64,000 nt of DNA from Myxococcota bacterium (GCA_044344255.1 JBIJDH010000010.1:96001-160000), one strand, 5' to 3'. Counted from the stretch's first letter, positions 44,833 through 56,926 are shown. Program-made: numbers and translations. Notes: a model not told the origin generated them from the sequence alone.

Positions 44833-47800
44833 TCACTGACGAAGCGCTTCTTTGTCTTCGACGAGCTCGACGTCCAGCGCGAGAGCCTGAAGCTCCTTCA
44901 CCAGCACGTTGAAGCTCTCGGGCAGACCGGCTTCGAGGACGTTCTCGCCCTTGACGATCGACTCGTACATCCGGGTACGCCCCGCCACGTCGTCGGACTT
45001 GACGGTGAGGAACTCCTGGAGCGTGTACGCCGCGCCGTAGGCCTCGAGCGCCCAGACTTCCATTTCGCCCAGTCGCTGACCGCCGAACTGCGCCTTACCA
45101 CCCAGCGGCTGCTGCGTGACGAGGCTGTAGGGGCCGATGCTTCGAGCGTGGATCTTCTCGTCGACCAAGTGGTGGAGCTTGAGCATGTACATCACGCCCA
45201 CCGTCACCTGGTTCTCGAAGGGGTCCCCCGTGCGCCCGTCGTAGAGCGTGGACTGACCGTCGGCGTCGAGGCCGGCGATGCCGAGGCTGCGCTTGATCTC
45301 GCCCTCGCTGGCCCCCGCGAAGACCGGCGTGGCCGTGGTGAGGCCATCCTTGTACTTCTTCGCGAAGACGACCAGCTGATCGTAGGTAGCCGTCGCCAGG
45401 AAGTCGGTGACCTCCGGGAGCCCGCGGTAGGCTTCCGTGAAGGTGGTCCGCATGTCCTCGGTGATGGTGCTCTGCGCCTCTTCGATCATGCGCCCGACCA
45501 TCTTGCCGATGCCGCGCGCGGCCCAGCCGAGGTGGGTCTCCAGGATCTGACCGACGTTCATTCGAGAGGGCACGCCGAGGGGGTTCAGGACGAGGTCCAC
45601 GGTAGTCCCATCCTCGAGGTACGGCATGTCCTCGACAGGCAACACCTTGGAGACGACACCCTTGTTCCCGTGCCGACCGGCCATCTTGTCGCCGACCTGC
45701 AGCTTGCGCTTGATCGCGACGTACACCTTGACCAGCTTGATCACGCCCGGGGAGAGCTCATCGCCCTTCTTGTGGCGCTCGATCTTAGCGGCGAAGCGCT
45801 CCTTGATCTGGTCTTCCTTCTCGCGGACGCGGTCCACGAGGTTCCAGACCTTCTCTTCGACCTGCTCACCATTCTCGACCGTGATCTTCTCGTACTGCTC
45901 GAAGGGCAGCCGCCGCAGGTTCTCGGCCGTGAAGGCCTCGCTGCGGGCGATGAGCTCCTCGCCGCTCTCGTCGTCGAGGATGCGGGCGCCCGAGACCTGC
46001 CCGTCGAGCAGCCGGAAGAGCTGCCGGAAGGCGGAGTCGCGGACCGTTCGCACCTTCTCGTCGCGGTCGCGGTTGATGCGAGAGACGGCCTGAGCCTCGA
46101 TCTCGAGGGCGCGAGCGTCCTTCTCCACACCTTCGCGGGAGAAGACCTGGGCGCCCATGACCACGCCTTCCACGCCCGGAGGGACGCGGAGCGAGGTGTC
46201 CTTGACGTCACCGGCCTTCTCACCGAAGATCGCCCGCAGGAGCTTCTCTTCGGGGGAGAGCTGGGTCTCTCCCTTCGGCGTGATCTTCCCGACGAGGATG
46301 TCGCCGGACTTCACATAGGCGCCGATGCGCACGATGCCCGAGTCATCGAGGTTCTTGAGGGCCTCCTCGCCGACATTCGGGATGTCGCGGGTGATCTCCT
46401 CCTTGCCGAGCTTGGTGTCGCGGGCCGCGATCTCGAACTCTTCGATGTGGATGGACGTGAAGAAGTCGTCCATCACCACGCGCTCAGAGACGAGGATCGA
46501 GTCTTCGAAGTTGTACCCCTGCCAGGGCATGAACGCGACGACCACGTTCTGACCCAGGGCCAGCTCACCCATCTCTGTGGCGGGACCGTCGGCGATGATG
46601 TCGCCTGCGTTCACGCGGTCCCCGGGGCGCACGACCGGCTTCTGGTTCATGCAGGTGTTCTGGTTGGAACGCATGAACTTGGTGAGGTTGTAGATATCGA
46701 CGTCTCCGCCGATCTCATCGTCCCCCGCCACTTCATCCGTCTTCAGCACGATCCGGGTGCCATCCACGCTCTCCACCACGCCGCCGCGGCGGGCGATGGA
46801 GGTCACACCGGAGTCCCGGGCCACCACGAACTCCATGCCGGTGCCGACGAGCGGCGCCTGGGTTCGGATCAGCGGAACGGCCTGACGCTGCATGTTGGCG
46901 CCCATCAGCGCGCGGTTTGCGTCGTCGTTCTCGAGGAAGGGCACGAGCGAGGCCGCCACGGAGACGAGCTGGTTCGGGCTCACGTCCATGAGCGTGATCT
47001 CTTCACGGGTGACGAGCGCGAACTCGCCCTGTCGGCGCGCGGTCATCGTATCTTCGACGAGACGATTCCCCTCACCGAGCTCTGCGTTTGCCTGCGCGAT
47101 GACATGCACCTCTTCCTCAAGGGCGGTGAAGTACCGCACCTCTTTGGTGACGATGCCGTCCTTCACGATCCGGTACGGAGCTTCAATGAAGCCGTACTCG
47201 TTCACGCGGGCGTAGGTGGACAGAGAGGCAATAAGACCGATGTTCGGGCCTTCCGGCGTCTCGATCGGGCAGATTCGGCCATAGTGCGTGGGGTGCACGT
47301 CGCGGACATCGAAGCCGGCGCGCTCGCGGGTGAGACCACCAGGACCGAGCGCGGAGAGGCGCCGCTTGTGGGTGACCTCGGAGAGGGGGTTCGTCTGGTC
47401 CATGAACTGGCTGAGCTGGCTGGACCCGAAGAACTCCTTGATGACCGCGCTCACCGGCTTCGCGTTGATCAGATCGTGCGGCATGAGAGCCTCGATCTCG
47501 GAGAGGCTCATGCGCTCCTTGATCGCCTTCTCCATGCGAACCAAGCCGATGCGGTACTGGTTCTCGAGCAGCTCGCCCACCGCGCGGACGCGACGGTTGC
47601 CGAGGTGATCGATGTCGTCGACCTGACCCTTGTTGTTCTTCAGATCGATCAGGTACTGGACGACGCGGAGGATATCCTCGCGGGTCAGCGTGGTCTGCTC
47701 GAGCGGCAGATCCAGGCCCAGCTTGTGGTTGATCTTGAGGCGGCCGACCTTGGAGAGGTCGTAACGCTCGGCGTTGAAGAACAGGTTCTCGAAGTGGTTC

Positions 47801-49017
47801 AACGCCGCGTCGTAGGTCGGCGGCTCGCCCGGCCGCAGCCGTCGGTAGATCTCGATCACCGCCTCTTCGGTCGAGTTGATCTTGTCCACGAGGAGCGTGT
47901 CGCGGAGGAAGGAGCCGACGATGACGTTGTCGATGTACAGCGTCTCGACGTCATTGATGCCCTTGTCGAGCAACAGCTCGAGGTTCTCCTTGGTGAGCTC
48001 CTCGTTGCACTCGACCAGGATCTCTCCGGTCTCCATGTCGACCACGTCGTAGGCGCTGACGCGGCGGAGGACGGCGTCGGGCGCGACGGGGATGATTCCG
48101 ACCAGCACCTCGATCTCGCGCCCCTCGACCTCTCGGGTCTGCGGCGTGAGCATGCCGACCTTCTGCATCTTCTTGATGGCCGGCTTCAGGAACTTGCGCC
48201 CGGCCTTACAGATGATGTCGCCCTTGGGGTCCACCACGTCCACAGACGCCTGCTGGATCTTGAGGAGATCCTCGGTGGTCTCCTTGGACCAGCCGTTGCC
48301 CCCCCAGATGAAGCGCTCACGCTGGTAGAAGTAGTTGAGCAGCTCTTCCGAGGAGTATCCCAAAGCCCGCAAGAGGACGGTGGCCGGCAGCTTCCGGCGA
48401 CGGTCGATGCGGACGTAGAGGATGTCCTTCGTGTCGAACTCGAAGTCGATCCAAGAGCCGCGATTCGGGATGATGCGGGCCGAGAAGATCGTCTTGCCGG
48501 AGCCGCCGGTCTTGCTCTTACCGGCATCGAAGAAGATGCCCGGCGAGCGATGCAGCTGGCTCACGACGACACGTTCGGTGCCGTTTACAATGAAGGTCCC
48601 GTGCTCGGTCATGAGCGGGATCTCACCGAAGTAGACCTCCTGCTCCTTGATGTTCGACACGGTCCGCGTGTCCGTCTCGGTGTCGATGTCCCACACGACG
48701 AGGCGGACCGTCACCTTGAGCGGCGCGGAGAAGGTCATGCCGCGCTCGCGGCACTCATCCACGTCGTACTTCGGCACCTCGAGGTCGTAGCAGACGAACT
48801 GCAACGAGGCCCGATGGCTGAAGTCCTGGATGGGGAAGACGCTCTTGAACACGCCCTGTAGGCCCGTGTTGTCGCGCTCCATCCTCGGGACCTTCATCTG
48901 CAGGAACTTTTCGTAGCTCTCCCGCTGAATCTGGATGAGGTTGTCCACGCTCACGGCAGGGAGCGTCTTCGCGAAGGAGCGCCGGTAGCGGAAATTGTTC
49001 GCCAGCAGGTCGGACAT
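44833..49017 (-). CDS. rpoB: RNA polymerase beta subunit
   Basis: [49 protein letters not shown]. Confidence 0.99.
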   Translation of the reverse strand: MSDLLANNFRYRRSFAKTLPAVSVDNLIQIQRESYEKFLQMKVPRMERDNTGLQGVFKSVFPIQDFSHRASLQFVCYDLEVPKYDVDECRERGMTFSAPLKVTVRLVVWDIDTETDTRTVSNIKEQEVYFGEIPLMTEHGTFIVNGTERVVVSQLHRSPGIFFDAGKSKTGGSGKTIFSARIIPNRGSWIDFEFDTKDILYVRIDRRRKLPATVLLRALGYSSEELLNYFYQRERFIWGGNGWSKETTEDLLKIQQASVDVVDPKGDIICKAGRKFLKPAIKKMQKVGMLTPQTREVEGREIEVLVGIIPVAPDAVLRRVSAYDVVDMETGEILVECNEELTKENLELLLDKGINDVETLYIDNVIVGSFLRDTLLVDKINSTEEAVIEIYRRLRPGEPPTYDAALNHFENLFFNAERYDLSKVGRLKINHKLGLDLPLEQTTLTREDILRVVQYLIDLKNNKGQVDDIDHLGNRRVRAVGELLENQYRIGLVRMEKAIKERMSLSEIEALMPHDLINAKPVSAVIKEFFGSSQLSQFMDQTNPLSEVTHKRRLSALGPGGLTRERAGFDVRDVHPTHYGRICPIETPEGPNIGLIASLSTYARVNEYGFIEAPYRIVKDGIVTKEVRYFTALEEEVHVIAQANAELGEGNRLVEDTMTARRQGEFALVTREEITLMDVSPNQLVSVAASLVPFLENDDANRALMGANMQRQAVPLIRTQAPLVGTGMEFVVARDSGVTSIARRGGVVESVDGTRIVLKTDEVAGDDEIGGDVDIYNLTKFMRSNQNTCMNQKPVVRPGDRVNAGDIIADGPATEMGELALGQNVVVAFMPWQGYNFEDSILVSERVVMDDFFTSIHIEEFEIAARDTKLGKEEITRDIPNVGEEALKNLDDSGIVRIGAYVKSGDILVGKITPKGETQLSPEEKLLRAIFGEKAGDVKDTSLRVPPGVEGVVMGAQVFSREGVEKDARALEIEAQAVSRINRDRDEKVRTVRDSAFRQLFRLLDGQVSGARILDDESGEELIARSEAFTAENLRRLPFEQYEKITVENGEQVEEKVWNLVDRVREKEDQIKERFAAKIERHKKGDELSPGVIKLVKVYVAIKRKLQVGDKMAGRHGNKGVVSKVLPVEDMPYLEDGTTVDLVLNPLGVPSRMNVGQILETHLGWAARGIGKMVGRMIEEAQSTITEDMRTTFTEAYRGLPEVTDFLATATYDQLVVFAKKYKDGLTTATPVFAGASEGEIKRSLGIAGLDADGQSTLYDGRTGDPFENQVTVGVMYMLKLHHLVDEKIHARSIGPYSLVTQQPLGGKAQFGGQRLGEMEVWALEAYGAAYTLQEFLTVKSDDVAGRTRMYESIVKGENVLEAGLPESFNVLVKELQALALDVELVEDKEALRQ

Positions 49018-49377
49018 CACGAGCTCCTGGAGCTGCAGACCCGGTCATGGACCGGGAAGAGGTGTGCAGCGTTCGACAAGGCCGAGGAAAAACGCTGTTC
49101 GGAGCACTCGGTAAACGGGCGGCGCGACAAGGGCACCGACACATCTCCCCAAAACGTGCGACCAACCATCGGGCACGTCCGCAGGGATGTTTCCGTAACG
49201 AGGTCCGTCATGTAGATCGAGTCACTCCTGGCGCAGCTCAAGCAGAGTCCTACACCATGCCGGCTGAGCCGGAGAGGCGAAGACGGGCCCCATCTGAGGG
49301 CTGCGACATCCGCCGCAGCACCCCAGGGAGCCCGCCCGCTGAAGGGCCAAGGGCGCGGGCCGGGGGCCCGCATCCCA

Positions 49378-49761
<384 letters not shown>

Positions 49762-49842
49762 GAAAGTCTTCCTCCGATAGGGAATTCTGATGTTCGGGAA
49801 TGGGAGCACCCGGTAGGACGACCCGGGGCCTGGGGAGGTGGC

Positions 49843-50397
49843 CTAGGCGGCCCCGGACTCGGTGGGTTCGCTCTCGGCGAGCTTCGTCTCGAGGTTCTTG
49901 AGCAGATACAGGAGGTCGCGTGCCGGACCCTGGATGACGCCCAGGACCTGACGGGGTCCCTCCTGGATGGCGCGGAGCAGCATGGTCTGCAGCTCAGCCT
50001 TGCCCGGGAGGTCAGCGACCTTCTGAATGGCTTCGGCGTTGTAGGCCTCACCATCGAAGAAGCCGCCCTTGACGACGAACCGGTTCTTATTCTTGATGCC
50101 CTTAACGATCTCCCGGATCGCCTTCGCGCTCTCGATGGGATCGGGGCCGGAGATGATCCAGCCGGTCATCCCGGTGAGGTAGGGCTCGAGCTTCGCCTTC
50201 GAAGTCCCAGACACCGCCCGCAGCGCGAGGGTGTTCTTCAGGACCTGGTAGGTGATGCCCTTTTCGCCAAGCGCACGCCGAAGCGCGGTGATCTCGGCGA
50301 CCGTGATGCCACGGTAATCCGCCACCACGACAAACGGCGCATTCTCAAGGCGACCGGAGAGGGAGTCGATGAACTCCGCCTTCTGGGTACGATTCAT
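49843..50397 (-). CDS. rplJ: 50S ribosomal protein L10
   Basis: DYRG.TV....LR, KNTL, LP; position in operon. Confidence 0.97.
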   Translation of the reverse strand: MNRTQKAEFIDSLSGRLENAPFVVVADYRGITVAEITALRRALGEKGITYQVLKNTLALRAVSGTSKAKLEPYLTGMTGWIISGPDPIESAKAIREIVKGIKNKNRFVVKGGFFDGEAYNAEAIQKVADLPGKAELQTMLLRAIQEGPRQVLGVIQGPARDLLYLLKNLETKLAESEPTESGAA

Positions 50398-50406
50398 CGG
50401 GACCTC

Positions 50407-51129
50407 CTACTGCTGCTCTTCCGCCACGCGCTGCGCCTCGACGGTGTCGATACGCACCCCGGGGCCCATGGTGGAGGAGATGGCGATGCTCTTGAAGTAG
50501 GTGCCCTTGGCCGTGCTGGGCTTCAGCCGGACGAGGGTGCCGATCAAGGCGTTGAAGTTATCGGAGAGCTGAGCGGCCTCCATAGAGGCCCTCCCGATGG
50601 AGACGTGCACGATGCCCGCCTTTTCCACGCGGAAGTCAACCTTTCCACCCTTGAGCTCGCGCACCGTGGTGGCGACCTCTTCCGGGCCCACCACCGTCCC
50701 GATCTTCGGGTTCGGCATGAGTCCGCGGGGGCCGAGGACTCGACCGAGGCGGCCGACCTTGCCCATCATGTCGCGGGTGGCGACGGCCTTGTCAAAGTCA
50801 GTCCAGTTCTCGGTGAGGATCTTCTGGACGAGCTCGTCGCCGCCCACGAAGTCCGCGCCCGCATCCTGAGCCTGCCGGGCGGCTTCACCGACGGCGAAGA
50901 CCAGGACCCGAACCTTCTTCCCGGTGCCGTGCGGCAGCGAGCAAGCGCCACGGACCATCTGGTCTGCGTGCTTGGGGTTTACGCCCAGCTTGACGGCCAC
51001 GTCGACGCTCTCGTCGAACTTGGTCGTGGCGAGTGACTTTACGAGGTTCACTCCCGCCAGCGGTGGGTACTTCTGCGCGGGGTCGACTTGCGCCCGCGCG
51101 GCGGCGTACCGCCTTCCCTGATTGGCCAT
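50407..51129 (-). CDS. rplA: 50S ribosomal protein L1
   Basis: KFDESV, LPHGTGK, LGPRGLMPNPK, SSTMGPG. Confidence 0.98.
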   Translation of the reverse strand: MANQGRRYAAARAQVDPAQKYPPLAGVNLVKSLATTKFDESVDVAVKLGVNPKHADQMVRGACSLPHGTGKKVRVLVFAVGEAARQAQDAGADFVGGDELVQKILTENWTDFDKAVATRDMMGKVGRLGRVLGPRGLMPNPKIGTVVGPEEVATTVRELKGGKVDFRVEKAGIVHVSIGRASMEAAQLSDNFNALIGTLVRLKPSTAKGTYFKSIAISSTMGPGVRIDTVEAQRVAEEQQ

Positions 51130-51173
51130 GTGTTGACTGCTCCTCGAAGACCAGAGGGGGTCTTCTGCCTGAC

Positions 51174-51200
51174 GGGGTCCGCGAGAGTGTTCTCTCCCCC
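51174..51200 (-). promoter_or_regulatory. Putative L1-binding autoregulatory RNA site between rplK and rplA
   Basis: GGGGGA-GAGA-ACAC-UCUC-GCGGA-CCCC, same architecture as the L1 rRNA/mRNA target. Confidence 0.65.
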
Positions 51201-51265
51201 GACCAGACGATGAGGGTGAATGGGGCCCGCACGGAGACCAGGGGTCTCCGACGGGCGTGGGGGAC

Positions 51266-51694
51266 TCAGACGATGACGATGCCCATCGAGTGGGCGGTTC
51301 CGGAGATGGACCGGATCGCCGCGTCGATGTTCTGGGTGTTCAGGTCGGGCAACTTCTGGGCCGCGATCTCGGCGATCTGGGCCTTCGTCACAGTGCCGAC
51401 CTTGACCTTGTTGGGCGTTCCGGAGCCCTTCTCCGCCTTGGCGGCCTTCTTGATCAAGATCGCCGCGGGCGGGGTCTTGATCTCGAAGCTGAAGGTCTTG
51501 TCGGAGTAGACCGTGATGACCGTAGGGAAGATCAGGCCTTCACCGGCTTGCGCCATGGTGCGGGCGTTGAACTCCTTGCAGAACATCGGGATGTTCACAC
51601 CGGCGCCGCCGAGGGCGGGGCCGATCGGGGGCGACGGATTCGCCTTTCCCGCCGTGATCTGCAGCTTGATCTGATTGATGATCTTCTTTGCCAT
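51266..51694 (-). CDS. rplK: 50S ribosomal protein L11
   Basis: [35 protein letters not shown]. Confidence 0.98.
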   Translation of the reverse strand: MAKKIINQIKLQITAGKANPSPPIGPALGGAGVNIPMFCKEFNARTMAQAGEGLIFPTVITVYSDKTFSFEIKTPPAAILIKKAAKAEKGSGTPNKVKVGTVTKAQIAEIAAQKLPDLNTQNIDAAIRSISGTAHSMGIVIV

Positions 51695-51730
51695 CGATGG
51701 CTCCCGCCGCCTTCCGCGGCCGAATCAGGT

Positions 51731-52264
51731 CTACCCGGGTCGTTCGACCTGGGTGAAGTCGAGCTCGACAGAGGTGGGGCGTCCGAAGATGGTCACCATC
51801 ACGCGCAGCTTGGCACGCGGCTGATTAACCTCCTCCACCTTGCCGGTCATGCTGGAGAAGGGCCCGTCGATGATACGGATCTCCTCTCCACGTTCAAAGT
51901 GCATCACAGGCTTCGGCTGGTTCTGCTCTTCCGTCATCTGGTGGGTGATGCGCTTGACTTCATCCTCCGGCACCGGAGGAGGATTGCGGCTGCCACCGAT
52001 GAAGCCCGTCACCTTCGGCGTGCTCTTCACCAGATGCCAGGTCTCATTGTCGACCTCCATCTGCACGAACATGTAGCCAGGAAAGACCTTCCGAGTGGTG
52101 GTCTTCTTCTGGCCGTCCTTGACTTCAACCACCTTCTCGGTGGGGACAAGGACCTCGCCGAAGCGCTGTGCGAACCCGGAGCGCCGAATCCCGTCTTCGA
52201 GCGCGGCCTTAGCCTTGTTCTCGAAGCCCGCGTAGGTGTGAACCACGTACCAATGCTTAACCAT
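51731..52264 (-). CDS. nusG: Transcription termination/antitermination factor NusG
   Basis: WYVVHTY.G.E, FPGY, TP.VTGF, KOW GPF, IFGR.T.VEL. Confidence 0.98.
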   Translation of the reverse strand: MVKHWYVVHTYAGFENKAKAALEDGIRRSGFAQRFGEVLVPTEKVVEVKDGQKKTTTRKVFPGYMFVQMEVDNETWHLVKSTPKVTGFIGGSRNPPPVPEDEVKRITHQMTEEQNQPKPVMHFERGEEIRIIDGPFSSMTGKVEEVNQPRAKLRVMVTIFGRPTSVELDFTQVERPG

Positions 52265-52317
52265 GGAAGAAGAACCTCTGCGGTGTTGCCCTACGAGGAG
52301 ACCCGCTGGAGGCAGCT

Positions 52318-52701
52318 CTAGCTGCCCGTCGCGAGGAGGACCCGGGTGAGCCGCAGCCAGATGAAGTCGTAGCTGGCCAGCGACACCGCCAGCGCAATCG
52401 AGAACCCGATGACCACCGCGGTGGAACGGAGGGTCTCCTCCTTGTCGGGCCAGGAGACCTTTCGCAGCTCACTGATCACCTCGTCCGTGAAGTTGACCGC
52501 CACCAGGTGGCGGTTCAGCACGACAAAGGCGATCGTGGCAGCCAGAAGTCCAACCAGAGAGGTGGTGTCGATCACCCCGGCGATCTGCGGATCACCGACA
52601 TCCAATCGAGCCAGCAGGGGAACCGCCAGCCCGCGAAGCGCGATCCCAAGAGCCGCAGAGGCCCCCAGAAACGACATCACGATGTACTTGCGGTTGTCCA
52701 T
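52318..52701 (-). CDS. secE: Preprotein translocase subunit SecE
   Basis: F..EV.SELRKVSWP...E motif plus TM helices; upstream of nusG. Confidence 0.95.
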   Translation of the reverse strand: MDNRKYIVMSFLGASAALGIALRGLAVPLLARLDVGDPQIAGVIDTTSLVGLLAATIAFVVLNRHLVAVNFTDEVISELRKVSWPDKEETLRSTAVVIGFSIALAVSLASYDFIWLRLTRVLLATGS

Positions 52702-52800
52702 CGTCTCTCCGCGGCAGGGGGCGAGCGCCCCTCTTCAGGTCATGCCTGCCGAGACAGGGGGACCCACACTCAATCATGCTGGCCGTGCCGGCTAGCATGT

Positions 52801-52836
52801 CTCAGTATCTCGTGCAAGCTCAGTGTCTCGTGCAAG
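52801..52836. repeat. 18-bp tandem duplication upstream of secE
   Basis: CTCAGTATCTCGTGCAAG / CTCAGTGTCTCGTGCAAG. Confidence 0.9.
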
Positions 52837-52872
52837 GACTCGTTGGAGCCATCGCGCGGACCCCTTCGTGAA

Positions 52873-52899
52873 CACGCCTTCCGAGGACCGGAAGGCGTG
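52873..52899 (-). terminator. Hairpin after tuf (probable terminator)
   Basis: 11-bp perfect stem CACGCCTTCCG/CGGAAGGCGTG; weak U-tract. Confidence 0.6.
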
Positions 52900-52920
52900 C
52901 ACGGCGGACCGCGATGTAGC

Positions 52921-54111
52921 TCAGGCGATGATCTGAGACACCACCCCGGCGCCGACGGTCCGTCCGCCTTCGCGGATGGCGAAGCGGAGCTGGTTCTCGA
53001 TGGCGATGGGGGTGATGAGCGTGATCTCGATCTGGAGGTTGTCGCCCGGCATCACCATCTCGGTACCGGCGGGGAGCTTGATGGAGCCCGTCACGTCGGT
53101 GGTCCGGAAGTAGAACTGGGGGCGGTACCCGTCGAAGAAGGGCTTGTGACGGCCGCCTTCTTCCTTCTTGAGGATGTAGACCTCACCCATGAACTGGGTG
53201 TGCGCCTTGATCGACTTGGGCTTGGCGAGCACCTGGCCGCGCTCGACGTCCTCACGCTTGAGGCCGCGGAGCAGGATGCCGGCGTTGTCGCCCGCCTCAC
53301 CCTGGTCGAGGAGCTTCTTGAACATCTCGACGCCGGTGACCGTAGTGGTGCTGGTGTCGTGGATGCCGACAAGCTCAACCGACTCACCGACCTTGACGAT
53401 GCCGCGCTCAATACGGCCGGTGGCGACGGTGCCGCGGCCGGTGATCGTGAACACGTCTTCGACGGGCATCAGGAAGGGCAGCGTGGTGGCGCGAACGGGG
53501 GTGGGGATGCTCTCATCCACCGCCGCCATCAGCTTCATGATCGCCTGCTCACCGAGCTCACCCACGTCACCCTGGCTGGCCTTGAGGGCGCTGCCGCGGA
53601 TGATGGGGATGTCGTCGCCGGGGAAGTTGTAGAGGTTCAGCAGCTCGCGAACCTCCATCTCGACGAGCTCGAGGAGCTCGGGGTCGTCGAGCATGTCCAC
53701 CTTGTTGAGGAAGACCACGATGGCCGGCACGTTGACCTGGCGGGCCAAGAGCACATGCTCGCGGGTCTGCGGCATCGGGCCGTCGGCAGCGCTGACCACC
53801 AGGATCGCGCCGTCCATCTGGGCGGCGCCGGTGATCATGTTCTTGATGTAGTCTGCGTGTCCCGGGCAGTCCACGTGGGCGTAGTGACGGTTGGCCGTCT
53901 CGTACTCGACGTGCGCGGTGTTGATCGTGATGCCGCGGGCCTTCTCTTCGGGGGCCTTGTCGATGTCGGCGTACTTCATCTCCTTGGCGCCGCCGCGCTT
54001 GGCGAGCGTCATGGTGATGGCGGCCGTCAAGGTGGTCTTGCCGTGATCGACGTGACCGATGGTGCCGATGTTGACGTGCGGCTTCGAGCGCTCGAACTTT
54101 TCCTTGGCCAT
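52921..54111 (-). CDS. tuf: Elongation factor Tu
   Basis: [35 protein letters not shown]. Confidence 0.99.
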   Translation of the reverse strand: MAKEKFERSKPHVNIGTIGHVDHGKTTLTAAITMTLAKRGGAKEMKYADIDKAPEEKARGITINTAHVEYETANRHYAHVDCPGHADYIKNMITGAAQMDGAILVVSAADGPMPQTREHVLLARQVNVPAIVVFLNKVDMLDDPELLELVEMEVRELLNLYNFPGDDIPIIRGSALKASQGDVGELGEQAIMKLMAAVDESIPTPVRATTLPFLMPVEDVFTITGRGTVATGRIERGIVKVGESVELVGIHDTSTTTVTGVEMFKKLLDQGEAGDNAGILLRGLKREDVERGQVLAKPKSIKAHTQFMGEVYILKKEEGGRHKPFFDGYRPQFYFRTTDVTGSIKLPAGTEMVMPGDNLQIEITLITPIAIENQLRFAIREGGRTVGAGVVSQIIA

Positions 54112-54234
54112 GTGCGCCACCTTGTTGCGGAGATCCCGCTTCAGGTTGTTGCGGGATTCCCCGCTTCAGTGTTCAACGGCGAAGAGCGAGGGCTCCCGCC
54201 TGGAAGCTGATGAGGCAGATGCCTCGCAGAAAAG

Positions 54235-54310
54235 TGGAGCCCATGACCGGATTTGAACCGGTGACCTCCTCCTTACCAAGGAGGTGCTCTGCCAACTGAG
54301 CTACATGGGC
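54235..54310 (-). tRNA. tRNA-Thr(GGT)
   Basis: Cloverleaf GCCCATG...CATGGGC-TCCA, anticodon GGT, encoded CCA. Confidence 0.97.
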
Positions 54311-54314
54311 TGAA

Positions 54315-54390
54315 TGGAGCGGGAAACGGGGTTCGAACCCGCGACCCTCAGCTTGGAAGGCTGATGCTCTACCAACTGAGCTATTCCCGC
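54315..54390 (-). tRNA. tRNA-Gly(TCC)
   Basis: GCGGGAA...TTCCCGC-TCCA, anticodon TCC. Confidence 0.97.
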
Positions 54391-54413
54391 ATCAGGAATC
54401 AACAAGTATAAGT

Positions 54414-54496
54414 TGGGAAGTGGTGGATTTGAACCACCGTAGGCTTGCGCCGGCAGGTTTACAGCCTGCTCCCTTTGGCCACTCGGGCAACTTCCC
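54414..54496 (-). tRNA. tRNA-Tyr(GTA)
   Basis: GGGAAGT...ACTTCCC-A, anticodon GTA, long variable arm; CCA not encoded. Confidence 0.96.
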
Positions 54497-54571
54497 GGGA
54501 TTACTCCTACGACGCTTGGCGCTTCGTGAGGGAGTGTTGGTCTGCTGAGATACCAGAGAACGCTCGGGAGG

Positions 54572-54644
54572 AGCTGGCGGTGGGACTTGAACCCGCAACC
54601 TGCGGTTTACAAAACCGCTGCTCTGCCAGTTGAGCTACGCCAGC
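54572..54644 (-). tRNA. tRNA-Thr(TGT)
   Basis: GCTGGCG...CGCCAGC-T, anticodon TGT; CCA not encoded. Confidence 0.96.
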
Positions 54645-54698
54645 CCGCGAAGGGAGCGGAGTACCGCAGCGCTCGTTGCTGAGCGCCACCCGAAGTGA

Positions 54699-54732
54699 TG
54701 GCGCGCTTATTGGAGGCCGAGCGGCCTGTCAA
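54699..54732 (-). promoter_or_regulatory. Putative sigma70 promoter of the tRNA-tuf operon
   Basis: TTGACA-N17-TAAGCG followed by a GC-rich discriminator. Confidence 0.6.
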
Positions 54733-55769
54733 GGCGCCCCCGAGGTCCGCGGAGGGGAGTCATCGACGATCACCTGATCGCCGATCCTCAGCCGGACGAT
54801 CCGACGGTCCTCCAGGAGGGCTCCACCGCGCTCCACCCGCTGGTGCAGCGGCACCAATCCTTGCCCTGCCACGTCTCGGTAGTCGTCGAACTTCCAAGTA
54901 GTAACACCCGTATCATCCAACCAGGAGAGGCTGGAGAGGAGGGGGACGACCTTGGAGAAGGCGACCTCCACGAGGCCACCCACGGGGTCGGGACCGGCAC
55001 ACAGGCTTCGCTTTCCGGCCTCGGGCTGGGTGGCGCAGGGGCGGAGCCGGGACCAGTCGGCCCCGTGATCCACCGCCACTCCCAGCGTGAGGATCGGCCC
55101 GAAGATCACTTCGGGCTCCATGCTCTCGAAGAGGTCCCCTCCCCAATCCGCGGACTCTCCCGAGGCCAACTGTACGGGGCCGCCCAGCCGACGGAGAGCG
55201 ATGGGGCCCCCAGCGCCGGACACCTCAAGGAGGGTCTCGGGGCCAGAACGCAGAAGGCACCAGCGGCTGAGCTCCTCCCTCGCCCCGCGCTGCACTCGGC
55301 GATCCACGCAGAGCTCCAACTGCTTCGCCGCTGCAGTCACCCTCTCCCAACCCTCGGCGTCGAGCTGCCGTTCGACCGCAGCGCGCATCATGCGCCAGGC
55401 CTCTGCCTTACCGGCACGGCGCTGCCGCCGACTCAGTCCATCCCCGACCTTCGCGGGGGCGGTCGCCGGCAGGGAGTGGGGGCTCCGGACCCACCCTCGC
55501 TGGTCGGCGAAGAGGGTCGCCGTTCTCACACCGACGGAGAGGCGTCGGGCCATGGCCTGGGCCTCGCCCTCCGTTCCGAGCCCCTCGACGCGCACCACCC
55601 ACCGCCAGCCGACGCCAGGCCGCAGGTGGCGAACCACGAAGACCCTGGTTCCAGGGGCACCGAGGCCCGTGGCCATGGTCTCCGCTTCCGCCCGGGTCGC
55701 GAAGGTGGGTGACTCTACGAGGAAGTCGGCCCGCGCGACGGACAACCAGAGCAGCAGCAGCACGATCAC
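54729..55769 (-). CDS. Secreted hypothetical protein (SPOR-like N-terminus, possible LolA-like C-terminus)
   Basis: Signal ARA; F.TR.EA...W.VRV......EA...ARRL; FDDYRDV.G..LVP. Confidence 0.6.
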   Translation of the reverse strand: MIVLLLLWLSVARADFLVESPTFATRAEAETMATGLGAPGTRVFVVRHLRPGVGWRWVVRVEGLGTEGEAQAMARRLSVGVRTATLFADQRGWVRSPHSLPATAPAKVGDGLSRRQRRAGKAEAWRMMRAAVERQLDAEGWERVTAAAKQLELCVDRRVQRGAREELSRWCLLRSGPETLLEVSGAGGPIALRRLGGPVQLASGESADWGGDLFESMEPEVIFGPILTLGVAVDHGADWSRLRPCATQPEAGKRSLCAGPDPVGGLVEVAFSKVVPLLSSLSWLDDTGVTTWKFDDYRDVAGQGLVPLHQRVERGGALLEDRRIVRLRIGDQVIVDDSPPRTSGAP

Positions 55770-56905
55770 GGCGTCGCCTCCGGGGTCTCTTCGCCGCGGA
55801 GCCAGCGCTGGTACGCGAGCGGGTCGATCACCACGCCGGCCTCGGTCCGAACATCAATCTCGGAGAAGGTCAGGGTGTCGATCACGATCGGTCGCACCAT
55901 GAACGAGAGCGCGAAGGCGACCACACAGACGGCGAAGGACAGGCGGGCCCTCGAGCTCACAGCGCCCCCCTCCGTCATCGGTATGCCTCGAGTCGCCCCG
56001 AATTGCCAAAGAAGAAAGCCCCACACCGCCCATCCCGTCCACAGCACCCCTCCCGCGATCACCACCACCGTCCCGATCTTCGAGACTGTGGGCGCGATGC
56101 GGGGCCAGAGGGCGTTGAGGATGTGGCCCCCGTCAAGCTGCCCGATGGGGATGAGGTTCATTCCCGTGAGGAAGCAGCCGGCCCACCCCGCCATCGCCAG
56201 CGGGCTCAGCTGGGCGTATCGACCGGGGGCGTGGCCGAGCATGAGCTCGCCGATGAGGTCCATCAGCAGAGGGTTCGCGAGGATGGTGAGCTGAATGGAC
56301 TCGGTGGGATCGGACGCCCCGAGCAGGCGGAGCAAAGGATCCCACAGCGAGGGCTCCGCCGCAGCCATCGGCGGGAGGGCCGGGAGAGGCCAGGCCTCCA
56401 GCACCAGCTCTGGCCGGGCGTGCTCCACCGTACCGCTGAGGCCGAGGGCCATCACCGCGATCGCCACCACGAAGCCGGCGATCGGGCCCGCGGCGCCCAT
56501 CTCCAAGAGGCCGTTCCGATCGCGGGGCAGCGACCGCAGCCGGATCACCGCGCCCAGCGTACCGAGCGCCATGGGGAATGGGATGAAGTACGGGAGGGAG
56601 CGCTCAATCTGGTGTCGGCGCGCCACGACGTAATGACCCATCTCGTGGGCGAGCAGGATCGACATCAAGCCCGCCGCGTAGAGGGCGCAATCTCGCGCCG
56701 CAGCGGCGTCCGACCAGGGCATCCGGCCGAGCCACTGCCAGCCGTAGGACAGGAACACCGTCCCCGCGGTCGCCAGGAACAGGCCCAAGGCGATGCCCCG
56801 CTCTCGCCACGTGGTGCCCTCTTGGGGCGCGGTCTCCTGCACCTTCTCGTCTCCCGCTCCGCCCGTACACCCGTCCTGCACCTTCGCCCGGACCCCCGAG
56901 GGCAC
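55766..56905 (-). CDS. Site-2 protease (M50) intramembrane metalloprotease
   Basis: HEMGH, GTLGAVI, AGP.AG, NLIPIGQLDGGH. Confidence 0.95.
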   Translation of the reverse strand: MPSGVRAKVQDGCTGGAGDEKVQETAPQEGTTWRERGIALGLFLATAGTVFLSYGWQWLGRMPWSDAAAARDCALYAAGLMSILLAHEMGHYVVARRHQIERSLPYFIPFPMALGTLGAVIRLRSLPRDRNGLLEMGAAGPIAGFVVAIAVMALGLSGTVEHARPELVLEAWPLPALPPMAAAEPSLWDPLLRLLGASDPTESIQLTILANPLLMDLIGELMLGHAPGRYAQLSPLAMAGWAGCFLTGMNLIPIGQLDGGHILNALWPRIAPTVSKIGTVVVIAGGVLWTGWAVWGFLLWQFGATRGIPMTEGGAVSSRARLSFAVCVVAFALSFMVRPIVIDTLTFSEIDVRTEAGVVIDPLAYQRWLRGEETPEATP

Positions 56906-56926
56906 CGGGCTTCAACCCGCCGCGGC

